From: an uncultured Fibrobacterota bacterium
GTDB taxonomy: Bacteria; Fibrobacterota; Chitinivibrionia; Chitinivibrionales; FEN-1185
Length of the DNA stretch: 64,000 nt
Direction of reading: 5' to 3'
NCBI GenBank assembly: GCA_963729895.1
Contig: CAVSQB010000026.1
Location: forward strand, 96,001-160,000
In this document: positions 9,861-18,884 of the stretch, piece after piece
Layout of the letters: each line of letters begins with the position of its first letter
How positions within the stretch are numbered: the stretch's first letter is position 1
Notes under the pieces: generated by a model
Told to the model about the DNA's origin: nothing
The model's database searches: none
What the model saw: the letters and a program-made list of their open reading frames with translations, nothing else
Program-made: the position numbers and the translations under genes

Positions 9861-12164
9861 CTACCTGGACTTTGGAACAGCGGAATCCGGACTTGGAATT
9901 GCCTGCGGTTGAGCGGCCATGGGATTACCCGCAGGAGCCGCCGGAAGCGACGGTTGGGGTGCAGGTTTCACGCTCATGACGGAATCGGATAGCTGCGCGC
10001 CGGCGTGTGCCGGAGCGGACGGCTGCATGGCCGGAGAGGGAGCCACAGGCTGCGGCGATTGTGCGGGAGCAGATGGTTGCACAGCCGGAGAAGGCGCGGC
10101 GGGCTGCGCCGATGGTGCGGGAGCAGATGGTTGCGTAATCGGAGAAGGCGCCGGAGCCGCCTGCACCGGAGCGGACGACGGCTGCGCCTGCGGCGTCATT
10201 TGCGGCGGCATTGCTCCGCGGTACATCCCGCGCATGGGGCCGCCACCGCCGTAAGGACTAGGACCCGCGGCCTGCCCGTTTACCTGAGACGGCATGCGGG
10301 ACTTGCGCGCGGCTGAAGAATCCTTGTCGGTGAGCAGCGTTTGCGCGGTGTCGAGCGGCTTCTGCAGCACCACAGCAGGGTTCTGCGCGGCCTTCCCCCC
10401 TTGGGCTGCCGCCGCCCTGCGCCGGGCGCGCAGGGCAGCCATGGAATCGGCAACTACCTTGAGACGGGGCTTTGCCTCGTTGAGACAAAAGGATGATTTC
10501 GGGAACGAATCGCACAGCGTTTCGTACAGCCCTTTTGCCGTTCTATTTTTGTCAAGAACATTGTCGTAGATCCAGGCCGCGGCGTACAGGCTCTTGGGCC
10601 CGAAATCGGAACCGGGGAATTCCCTGTACACCCCTACATAGGCCTCGGCGGCCGAATCCGGGTTGTCGTTGTCCAGGAAGATCTGCTCGGCGGCCTCAAA
10701 GGCGCTGCGGGCCGAATCCTGCCGCGTAAAAATGGTGACCTTGTCGCCGCGCGCCTGCTGCGCCTTCTGGGCGTAGACATTTGCCGGAAACCGCGTGAGC
10801 AGCAGCCGGTACAGGCTGTCGGCCTTGACGGTGTCCTTGAGCGAATACCGGGCTATCCAGGCCGCCGCATACAGGGACTTTGGGGCAAGCGCCCTGAACT
10901 GGGTGTCCGCCATCGTTTTGCAGTAGTGCCGGTACGCGGAGTCCGGTTCGTCAAGCTCAAGCCAGAACAGCTCGCCCACTTTGAAATCCGCGCTCGACGC
11001 GAGGTCCACCTTTACCGAATCAACAGGCATCTTTCCATCCGCGAATTTGAGGATGATGTCTATGGCCTTACTGCGCCGGGTGGCGATGTCCTTTTTGTCC
11101 GGGTCCTTGAGCGAGCCTGCTGCCTTGTCGAAGCATTCCTTGGCCTTCTTGAGATTTCCCTTCTTCATCTGGTAGATGACCGCGAGCTCAAACCAGGCGA
11201 GTCCCACGGCGTCGCCCCCCAGCGGACTCTCGGTAACCTGTTTGTACGTGGCAATCGCCTCGTCGGTCCTGTTGAGTTTGTCCAGTATCCCGCCTTTCTG
11301 GAACTGCAGCAGCGGGACGCGCGAGTAGTACACTTTGTTAAGAATCAAAACGTTCACGAGGTCGAGCGCGCGGCCAAGGTCTCCCTTGTCGGCAAGGCAC
11401 GCCACGAGCAGGAAATCGATGCGATAGAGCTGATCGGTCAAATCCCTCACACGAGGGGCGCCGCGCAAAAACGCGATGGCCTTGTCGTACAGCTTGAGGT
11501 CCCGGTAGAGTTGTGCAATCTTGATTGCAAGCTCCATTTTTCGGTCGTTCGTCTTGGCGCTCTTATATATCTTTTCGAGCATTACCACGGCCTGGGATTT
11601 TCCCTCCCTGCGTATCACGATCTCGGCCATGAGCATGCTCACGTCCTGATTCCTGTTGAGATCGGGATACCGTTCGAGCACACTCGTGAACGTCTTCTCC
11701 GCTTCCTCCAGGTTCCCCTTTTTCAACTGCGCGCGGCCGGTAAACACATAGGATTCGGGCACGAGCGGGCTCGCCGGAAACTCCCGCTGCAACTGGGCAA
11801 AAGTGCGGATCGCCTTGTCGAAATCTCCAAGGTAGTACTCCGCTTTTCCCATAAGAAAGAGCGCCTTGTCGTGCCATTCCTTCTTTGTGGGGTACAACTC
11901 GAACACCTTTAAGCATTTGTCAATTGTCTTCTTGTATCCGTTCTCCACGTCCTGGGGAAGCGTGAGAACGGTGTCGGGATTGTCCTTGATGAGCTTCTGG
12001 TGCGCCTTGAGTGAGGTATCGAACGAGGTTTGCGCATTGTAAAACAGGTTGAAATAGAGGCATCCGCCGCAGGCGACCGCGATGCAGACCGAGGGCAGCG
12101 CGCATTTGAACAAAAACAGGGATAGACGGGAATGTCCGGTGCGACGGTTGTCTTTTGGGTGCAT
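9861..12164 (-). CDS. TPR-repeat lipoprotein (PorW/SprE-like N-terminus) with Pro/Ala-rich tail
   Basis: Lipobox-like 'ACGGC' followed by 'YFNLFYNA'; many TPR motifs (ALFLMGKAEY, F..L..EFP.S). Confidence 0.75.
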   Translation of the reverse strand: MHPKDNRRTGHSRLSLFLFKCALPSVCIAVACGGCLYFNLFYNAQTSFDTSLKAHQKLIKDNPDTVLTLPQDVENGYKKTIDKCLKVFELYPTKKEWHDKALFLMGKAEYYLGDFDKAIRTFAQLQREFPASPLVPESYVFTGRAQLKKGNLEEAEKTFTSVLERYPDLNRNQDVSMLMAEIVIRREGKSQAVVMLEKIYKSAKTNDRKMELAIKIAQLYRDLKLYDKAIAFLRGAPRVRDLTDQLYRIDFLLVACLADKGDLGRALDLVNVLILNKVYYSRVPLLQFQKGGILDKLNRTDEAIATYKQVTESPLGGDAVGLAWFELAVIYQMKKGNLKKAKECFDKAAGSLKDPDKKDIATRRSKAIDIILKFADGKMPVDSVKVDLASSADFKVGELFWLELDEPDSAYRHYCKTMADTQFRALAPKSLYAAAWIARYSLKDTVKADSLYRLLLTRFPANVYAQKAQQARGDKVTIFTRQDSARSAFEAAEQIFLDNDNPDSAAEAYVGVYREFPGSDFGPKSLYAAAWIYDNVLDKNRTAKGLYETLCDSFPKSSFCLNEAKPRLKVVADSMAALRARRRAAAAQGGKAAQNPAVVLQKPLDTAQTLLTDKDSSAARKSRMPSQVNGQAAGPSPYGGGGPMRGMYRGAMPPQMTPQAQPSSAPVQAAPAPSPITQPSAPAPSAQPAAPSPAVQPSAPAQSPQPVAPSPAMQPSAPAHAGAQLSDSVMSVKPAPQPSLPAAPAGNPMAAQPQAIPSPDSAVPKSR
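10001..10151 (-). repeat. Intragenic 54-bp tandem repeat (about 3 units, APSPxxQPSAPA)
   Basis: ggagaaggcgc-like anchors at 10033, 10087 and 10141, spaced by 54. Confidence 0.8.
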
Positions 12165-12239
12165 GATGGAGAGCAGGTTTTCGCCTGGTGAAGTTGCTTC
12201 TGTAGAAATATATATTGACGCAGAATACTACGGACATGC

Positions 12240-14567
12240 GTGGAAAAGATTGCCGTAACCGGGGCATTTTTCACGCCTGAGCGTGGAGAGCAATTTGTAT
12301 TTTGGTACAGTCTTGTCCGGCCGCCTTCGGCGGAGCCGTGCAGAATAACAGTCGACCTTTCTTCCGGAAAACCGCAACGGAGTTCTTGCAGGATGCCTTC
12401 ACGAAGTCTTTTTCCGCGAACGTGCGCGGAAAAGCAGCGCGCTTTGTCGCACGAAACCCGGAAACAAACTGATGCCATAGCCACGCTTTTTCCCGTTCTT
12501 GCCGCCTTGTTCATTGTATGCGTGCTCGCGCCGCCGCCGGTTTTTGCGCAGCCGGTCCCGGCCACGCCATGGTTGGGCGCGGCGAAGCAGGCACCCCAGG
12601 CGGCGACCGCTTCGCCACCCGTTGCAGGTGAGGATTCTATGGCCCGGGTGAACCGATTGCGTGACACGAGCGGGGTACGAGACACCGCTGCAGCATCGCT
12701 CAACCGGCAAGCGGCGCGCGCTTCGGCAGCGGCATTGGCCGCAGATTCCCTGCGCAGGGCCGTCAAGCGGGACTCCTTGTTTCGGGAAATCGCCCTCTGC
12801 AAGGAAAGGTACACCAGGTTTCCTTCCTCACCCGATTCCATTTTCGGCGCATCGGAGGTCGGCCCCTCGCAGCTTCTGCACTCCGACGCGATAGGCCTGA
12901 CCGATGCCGTGCGCACCATGCCCGCGGTGGTGGCGGTCCCTTTTTCTCTGTCGAGCGGCACCAACCGGTTCATGCTGTACGGCTTTCCGCTCCTGCCCAA
13001 CTCGGTGTTCCTTGACAATAGCGCACTGCCCGACTGCCCGACCGCGCTTGCGGGGAACGACGTTCTGTTCGCAACCCAGATCGACGCGGCCGTCGCTGCC
13101 GCGCCGGCCGGAATTGCCTGCACCCAGATTCCCTACGGCCTGGTGATCCCGCAGACTGATCTGCTCTGGGAAAACGCCGTTTTCGACGAAAATGTGCTCG
13201 GTGTGCGGTTTGCCCGGCCCATCACACAGACCTTCGACGTTTCCCTGTGCTCCAACTACCGCTATTTCGCCCCGTATACCTACAGTACCGCAGGCGACAT
13301 GACCTCACTTTTCAACTATTTTATCTCGGACACGTCGCAACTCGCCAACGGCGGCAGGAACCCGCTGTCCAACGAAACGCAGATGTCCTTGCGGCTTGCC
13401 TCTCATACCGAACGCTGGGGCACTGCCTCGCTGTCCTATTCGTACGAGGACGCCACAAACGATCTTGCGATGCAGCAAACCGATTCCCTCAACAATCAGT
13501 TCCTGCAGTGGGAAACCATATGGAGGTACGCAAACACCCTTCGGGCCCAGGCGAGATCGTTTCCCGCGGGCAGGCTCATGATAAACATGGATGCTCGGGC
13601 GGTGGCTGAAGGGAACTCCGCGACTATCCCCGTGCTGAACTCGCCCGTTGACACGCAGGAAACCGGCCGCAATACCGATATTGAGATTTCGGTGGAGCCT
13701 TTTTTTCCCCTCCCGGCGGACACGCTGCTTGCGACGTGCGCCGTGGAACACCAGGAGCGGACGTTCTACAACCGCACAAAAGCCGCCGCATCCCTGTGCG
13801 ATGCGCGCCTCGGCTACCGGCACGAGTTTTCCTTTCGGGCGCTGAGCGCATCGGTAAAGGGCTCGCTGGGTGACGGCGCGATCAAGCCTGCCGGCGGCGC
13901 AATCGACCATTCTTTTGTGTACTCCGCCGAGATTTCGGCGGCGGCGGGCAGGCAGACCCTCCATCTGTTTGCGTTTCGCGACCATCTGCCTTTTGTTTTC
14001 CCCTACGACTCGCTCAACGCTCCCGTACAGTCGTACTACGATGTCTACAACGCCTACGGCGCGGAACTCTTTCTCGGGTATAAAAAAATCGGCCTTTCGG
14101 CCGGGATATGCGGCGTTTCCGGCGTCGACACCTCAGCCGCCGCGCGATTCTGGCCCGACGGCACCATGCCGTACCAACAGCCCCGGGTTTCGCTCATGGC
14201 GATGCCCATGTTCGGCAGGTGGCTGGGGTTTGCCCTGGGCTCAAGGCTCATTGTCTCCGACGAAAGGCCTTTTATCAAGTCGCAGACCACCCTCAGTTAC
14301 GAAGCGCAACCGATCGGCCCCAGCGAACATATCACCGTGGACCTGGTGTACGATTACTGGGGCGCTCGCGACACGGTTACCTACGGCGGAATCAACCTGT
14401 GGAACAGGGAGATTCACAACCTTTCGCTCCGGACCTCCGTTCACATCCAGGCGTTCAACATCTTCTGGAAAGTGGACAACCTGCTCGACCGCAAGTATGC
14501 CTATGTGCCGGGGTATTTTATGCCGGGGATAACGTTCCGCTGGGGATTTGGCTGGCTCATCCAATGA
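12240..14567 (+). CDS. Putative porin / large outer-membrane beta-barrel (true start probably downstream, for example 12393)
   Basis: Hydrophobic signal 'LAALFIVCVLAPPPVFA'; C-terminal 'KVDNL..Y.YVPGY.MP...FRWGFGW'. Confidence 0.6.
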   Translation: MEKIAVTGAFFTPERGEQFVFWYSLVRPPSAEPCRITVDLSSGKPQRSSCRMPSRSLFPRTCAEKQRALSHETRKQTDAIATLFPVLAALFIVCVLAPPPVFAQPVPATPWLGAAKQAPQAATASPPVAGEDSMARVNRLRDTSGVRDTAAASLNRQAARASAAALAADSLRRAVKRDSLFREIALCKERYTRFPSSPDSIFGASEVGPSQLLHSDAIGLTDAVRTMPAVVAVPFSLSSGTNRFMLYGFPLLPNSVFLDNSALPDCPTALAGNDVLFATQIDAAVAAAPAGIACTQIPYGLVIPQTDLLWENAVFDENVLGVRFARPITQTFDVSLCSNYRYFAPYTYSTAGDMTSLFNYFISDTSQLANGGRNPLSNETQMSLRLASHTERWGTASLSYSYEDATNDLAMQQTDSLNNQFLQWETIWRYANTLRAQARSFPAGRLMINMDARAVAEGNSATIPVLNSPVDTQETGRNTDIEISVEPFFPLPADTLLATCAVEHQERTFYNRTKAAASLCDARLGYRHEFSFRALSASVKGSLGDGAIKPAGGAIDHSFVYSAEISAAAGRQTLHLFAFRDHLPFVFPYDSLNAPVQSYYDVYNAYGAELFLGYKKIGLSAGICGVSGVDTSAAARFWPDGTMPYQQPRVSLMAMPMFGRWLGFALGSRLIVSDERPFIKSQTTLSYEAQPIGPSEHITVDLVYDYWGARDTVTYGGINLWNREIHNLSLRTSVHIQAFNIFWKVDNLLDRKYAYVPGYFMPGITFRWGFGWLIQ

Positions 14568-16857
14568 CCATAAATTTCCGCTTGTAGGTTTTCCCGCCGT
14601 ACTTCACAATAAAGAAATAGACGCCCGGCGCCACCGTCCTGCCCGGATCGGGCCACTGGAGCACAACGGGCTTCAGCTCTTGGAGCACCTCGGAAAACTG
14701 CCACACGAGCGCGCCGTCTATCGACCGAATCGCGGCGGTAAAGAGCTGGGAGTAGGAACGGGGGTCGTCTTGCGAAGCGGTAAACTGGAGGGTGAGCTGC
14801 TGCCGTTTGGCGCCTATGTCGAGCACATTGGGAAAGATAACGAATTGCGACGCGGGCCTGGGTTTCAGCTTGAGTGTTTCAAACGTCGTCCCGTTCCCCG
14901 AGGGATTGACAACAGCGCCGGCCGAATTGAAGTACCCGGCGGCCACGCCGTACAACTCAATGGGAGGCGTTTCTATCGAGGTGATGAGTATGGTGCCGGT
15001 CGAATCGGTCTGTTGTGAAACGTAGGCGGAATCCCCGAGTTCCCGCCAGAAGACTGTTCCCGTCACCGCAGCAGAGTCGAGCGAATCGCGCATCGACACG
15101 CTCACAATGAAGCGGGACGCAAGGACTGCCGTGTCCCGCGAGTGTCTCGACGCGACAACCACGCTTCCGGGAAGGAACAACGGGTTGCTCACGGAAAGCG
15201 TTTCGGGAAACGATCCGTCCAGATTGACAATTGCGTACCCGGCGCTGTCGCTGGTTCCGGCCTGTTCACCCGCTTTTGTGGCAAGCACTGCGCCTGCAAC
15301 GCTCCGGCCGAAAGAATCGGCAACGGTAACGTACGTCTGGTTATCGGCCAGGCAGGCGAGCAGCGCATCGGGCACGCCGCGGCCGGAGGCGTTATTCGCG
15401 GAAGTCTGGCCCGGCACGAAAAAGCACGACGAATACAGCCTGTTTCTTGCGGCCCCTGCCGAATCCCCGGCATGCGCCTGCAGAACAAGCGCGCACACGC
15501 CGGCCGTCAGCGGCGATGAAAACGAAGTTCCATTTTCGTAGGTATATGCAGTATTATTCCCGTTGTACACCTGCGGCACGCACGCTCCCACGCCCAGTGC
15601 CACGCAATCAGGTTTTATCCGGCCGTCGGACGTGGGTCCCCTGCTCGAAAAATCGGCTACCGACAAAGAACCGTCAACCGCGCCCGCGGACACGACGTCC
15701 TTGACATCTGCGGGAGCGGAAAGCGATCCCGCGACGGGACCGTCATTTCCCATGGAATTCACCACGATGACCCCGAATTGCGTTGCCATCGCCGCGGCTT
15801 TGGAGACGATGGTTGTAACGCCGTTCATGTCCTGAAACGTGTAATCGGTGTCGGGCGGCGAGAAACCGTTGTTGTAGCCCAGCGAGCTGTTCACAATGTC
15901 GACGCCCAGGCTCTCGGCCCACACCATGGCCGCCGCCCAGTTGTCTTCCTCGTAATGTTTTTCAACCGGAGAATCTTCGGTGCAGGCCAGGATAAAATGC
16001 GCGCCCCATGCAACGCCCATGAATTGCGGCGGATCGTACCCTGCGATCGTCGCGAGCGTGCACGAACCGTGTTCGTCGTTCTGGTAGTATGCGCTCGCCG
16101 GGTTGTCTGCCACGGAATCCGGATCGGAAACGGTATTGTTGTGGTCGATAAAATTGCTGTCGGCAACAACAAGATTGTGAGCATTAAGATACGAAAAGCA
16201 CCGGTGCTGGAGGCGGAATCCTGAGTCGAACATACCGATGAGAATACCGTCTCCGGGCGCCGCTGGGCCTTTTGCCTCAATGAGGCGGTGCGCGGGCGGC
16301 ACGTTGAGCATCGCGAGCTGGGCAAAGGCGAGACCGTAGATCGAATCTCCTTTGAACGCTGCCGCCTTGCCGAGGCTTTTTGCGGTGGGTAAAGGCGTAT
16401 TGACAAACGACCGTACCAGCATAAGATCCCGCACGCAGGCAAGGTTGGCAATTGCGTCAAGCTGCGGGGATGCGACGGTAAAACTCGCGGCGTTCGCCCA
16501 CTTGAAGATGTTGGCGCGCTTGGCGCCCAGGAGTTCAACTTGGCGCAGGTATGTTTCGGCCACCGGAACATCCGAGAATCCTCCGTCACGAACACCCGCG
16601 CGCGTCCTTCTCGCAAGCGCGCGCGGCGAGACCCCGCCGGCACCGGCAGTAGGATTTTTGTCCGTAAATATCACCCATACCTTGCAGACCGTATCTTTCG
16701 CAGACAGCGCCTCAAGACTCTTTCGCAACGGTGCGGCGGACGGCGACGCCGGGGGCCAAAGAAACGCCAGCAACGCAAACAGCATCGCCGCGGGCATAAT
16801 GAGGCGAAAGGCCCCGGCGTGTCCCTCAAAAAAGCGTGTGATGGAGCCGTTTATCAA
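14557..16857 (-). CDS. S8 subtilisin-like serine peptidase with propeptide and C-terminal sorting-type domain
   Basis: Catalytic triad motifs FDSGF, HGS, GTSFSSP; FSSRGPT.DGRIKPD; C-terminal APGVYF...KRKFMV. Confidence 0.92.
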   Translation of the reverse strand: MINGSITRFFEGHAGAFRLIMPAAMLFALLAFLWPPASPSAAPLRKSLEALSAKDTVCKVWVIFTDKNPTAGAGGVSPRALARRTRAGVRDGGFSDVPVAETYLRQVELLGAKRANIFKWANAASFTVASPQLDAIANLACVRDLMLVRSFVNTPLPTAKSLGKAAAFKGDSIYGLAFAQLAMLNVPPAHRLIEAKGPAAPGDGILIGMFDSGFRLQHRCFSYLNAHNLVVADSNFIDHNNTVSDPDSVADNPASAYYQNDEHGSCTLATIAGYDPPQFMGVAWGAHFILACTEDSPVEKHYEEDNWAAAMVWAESLGVDIVNSSLGYNNGFSPPDTDYTFQDMNGVTTIVSKAAAMATQFGVIVVNSMGNDGPVAGSLSAPADVKDVVSAGAVDGSLSVADFSSRGPTSDGRIKPDCVALGVGACVPQVYNGNNTAYTYENGTSFSSPLTAGVCALVLQAHAGDSAGAARNRLYSSCFFVPGQTSANNASGRGVPDALLACLADNQTYVTVADSFGRSVAGAVLATKAGEQAGTSDSAGYAIVNLDGSFPETLSVSNPLFLPGSVVVASRHSRDTAVLASRFIVSVSMRDSLDSAAVTGTVFWRELGDSAYVSQQTDSTGTILITSIETPPIELYGVAAGYFNSAGAVVNPSGNGTTFETLKLKPRPASQFVIFPNVLDIGAKRQQLTLQFTASQDDPRSYSQLFTAAIRSIDGALVWQFSEVLQELKPVVLQWPDPGRTVAPGVYFFIVKYGGKTYKRKFMVIG

Positions 16858-16930
16858 GGAATGCAGTCCCTTGGGGGATTTTGGTTGCGCGGGGTTTCAC
16901 GGCATGCGATTCCGTCAAGAGCAGCCGTGT

Positions 16931-18829
16931 CTATTTCACGCGCACGATTTCGGTCCGGCGGTTGAGCGCCCTGCCCGCCGCGGTCCGGTTGTCGGCAATC
17001 GGATCGGCGGCCCCGTATCCGATGGCGCGCACGCGCGGGGAATCTATGCCCTGATTGATAATATACTGCCTTACCGATTCCGCGCGCATCTGGGTGAGCT
17101 GCAGCGCGGCCGCAGATTTGAGAAGTCCATCGGAATAGCAGCGAACTTCTATTTCTATTTCCGGGAACTCCTTCATGGTTGTGGCAACAGGGTCCAGCCA
17201 CTGGAGCGATTCAAATGTCATTTCCGCGGAGTTCTTCCGGTACGTCACCCCGCGCAAGGTCTGCTGCTGCGGAAAATTTAGTTCCTTCTTCACCGGTGCG
17301 GGCGTGGACGTGGTATCGGGGCAGCCGTTGTTGCTCGCCGGCCCCGGTACATTGGGGCACTTGTCTTTGAGGTCAGGCACGCCGTCCATATCGTTGTCGA
17401 GGTCGGGACAGCCGTCGTCGTCCTCAAAACCGTCGATATCTTCGGGCTCATTAGGGCATTTGTCAATAGAATCCGGAATGCCGTCGCGGTCGTTGTCGAA
17501 ATCCGGGCATCCGTCGTTATCCTCGAAGCCGTCGAAATCCTCGGGTTCGTTGGGGCACTGGTCCCTTGCATCAGCTATCCCGTCGCCGTCGTTGTCGAGG
17601 TCCGGACAGCCGTCGTCGTCCTCAAAACCGTCCACGTCTTCCGGCTTTGTAGGGCATTTGTCTACCCCTTTGCACACGGCGGCGTACTTGCTTTCCTGGT
17701 GTTTCTGCGACACCCACGGATCGCAGATGCCGTCCTTGTCGCTGTCCGGGTCCGGGCACCCGTTGTTCCAGGCGGGCCCCGAATCGTCGGGGCATTTGTC
17801 GACGTTATCGGGAACACCGTCGTGATCACGGTCTTGCGTTGTGCGAAATCCGTTCCACCCGAAGGTAAACTGCACTCCATAGGCAGGCTGGACTCCGGTT
17901 GAGTAGGTGAACCCCTTCTCGTGCCAGTTGTACCTGTCCTGGTCGCGGTTCGACGACAGGCTGAACTCCCCCGCGAGGCAAAAGTAAAGGCCGGTCGGCG
18001 TTGTAACGCGCACTCCCGGAGTGACCCACAACGGGTCTTTGCGGATATCGTACCCCGACGAGAGGTTGCTCCACCTCGACTCCGCCGTTATTTCGGCAAA
18101 AAGGGCGACAAACTCCGCCGGCGTGTACTCGAGGGCCAGCGCCCCGCACACCGTGTTCTGGGAGTTCACGTCCGTAAAGACCCCGCCCAGATTCGCGTGT
18201 ATCTGCAGCGGCGCCCGCTTGCCCAGGTCGAGTGTAAAGATTATCATCGGTTTCACCGTTACGTACGCCACGGTGTAAAAATACTGGGTTTGACCCAGCG
18301 CCGTATCCACCGCATGGGGCAGGTGGCGCGGGAAGAGACCGTCTCCCTTGGTGCCGGTTGGAAACGTGGCCGACACGAGGATGGCTTGGTAGAAGTACTT
18401 GTCAAAAGATATCGGCGGCAGCATGAACTTGGTGGTGAGCTCAACGTCCCCGAGTCCCGCGTCCGTTGGTCCGAATCCGCTCCAGTCGTAGTACACCGGC
18501 AACGCCACGGCGAGGTCCCAGTAATTAAGGAGCCCCAGGGAGAGATAGAAATCTGAGGAGATAAGCTTGGCCGGGTCCTGGATCACATTTGCAATGGATT
18601 TGTCATCCGGTTCGATCCGGGTGATATCCCAGGTTGGGCCCTTTACATAATCGGACGATTGCTCGACCTCGACGCCCAACCCGGCATTCATCCTGCCCTG
18701 CCCGAGGGTCTTTGCCGACTGGGTGCGCACAAGGCCGTTCAGGCCGTCCGTGTTGTCGGTTGCCCACGACCCCATGAGGGCGAACAGACACAGCAAACAG
18801 CAAAAAGGAATTCTTTGCGCCGGATCCAT
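16931..18829 (-). CDS. OmpA-family protein with thrombospondin type-3 Ca-binding repeats
   Basis: N-terminal beta-barrel, DxDxDG..D..DKCP repeats, C-terminal 'RAESVRQY...GYG...NRTAAGRALNRRTEI'. Confidence 0.9.
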   Translation of the reverse strand: MDPAQRIPFCCLLCLFALMGSWATDNTDGLNGLVRTQSAKTLGQGRMNAGLGVEVEQSSDYVKGPTWDITRIEPDDKSIANVIQDPAKLISSDFYLSLGLLNYWDLAVALPVYYDWSGFGPTDAGLGDVELTTKFMLPPISFDKYFYQAILVSATFPTGTKGDGLFPRHLPHAVDTALGQTQYFYTVAYVTVKPMIIFTLDLGKRAPLQIHANLGGVFTDVNSQNTVCGALALEYTPAEFVALFAEITAESRWSNLSSGYDIRKDPLWVTPGVRVTTPTGLYFCLAGEFSLSSNRDQDRYNWHEKGFTYSTGVQPAYGVQFTFGWNGFRTTQDRDHDGVPDNVDKCPDDSGPAWNNGCPDPDSDKDGICDPWVSQKHQESKYAAVCKGVDKCPTKPEDVDGFEDDDGCPDLDNDGDGIADARDQCPNEPEDFDGFEDNDGCPDFDNDRDGIPDSIDKCPNEPEDIDGFEDDDGCPDLDNDMDGVPDLKDKCPNVPGPASNNGCPDTTSTPAPVKKELNFPQQQTLRGVTYRKNSAEMTFESLQWLDPVATTMKEFPEIEIEVRCYSDGLLKSAAALQLTQMRAESVRQYIINQGIDSPRVRAIGYGAADPIADNRTAAGRALNRRTEIVRVK

Positions 18830-18884
18830 CGGCCCGGTCTCCTTTGCCAGCGCACCAACCGCCGCCGGGGCGTGGACTGTCGTG

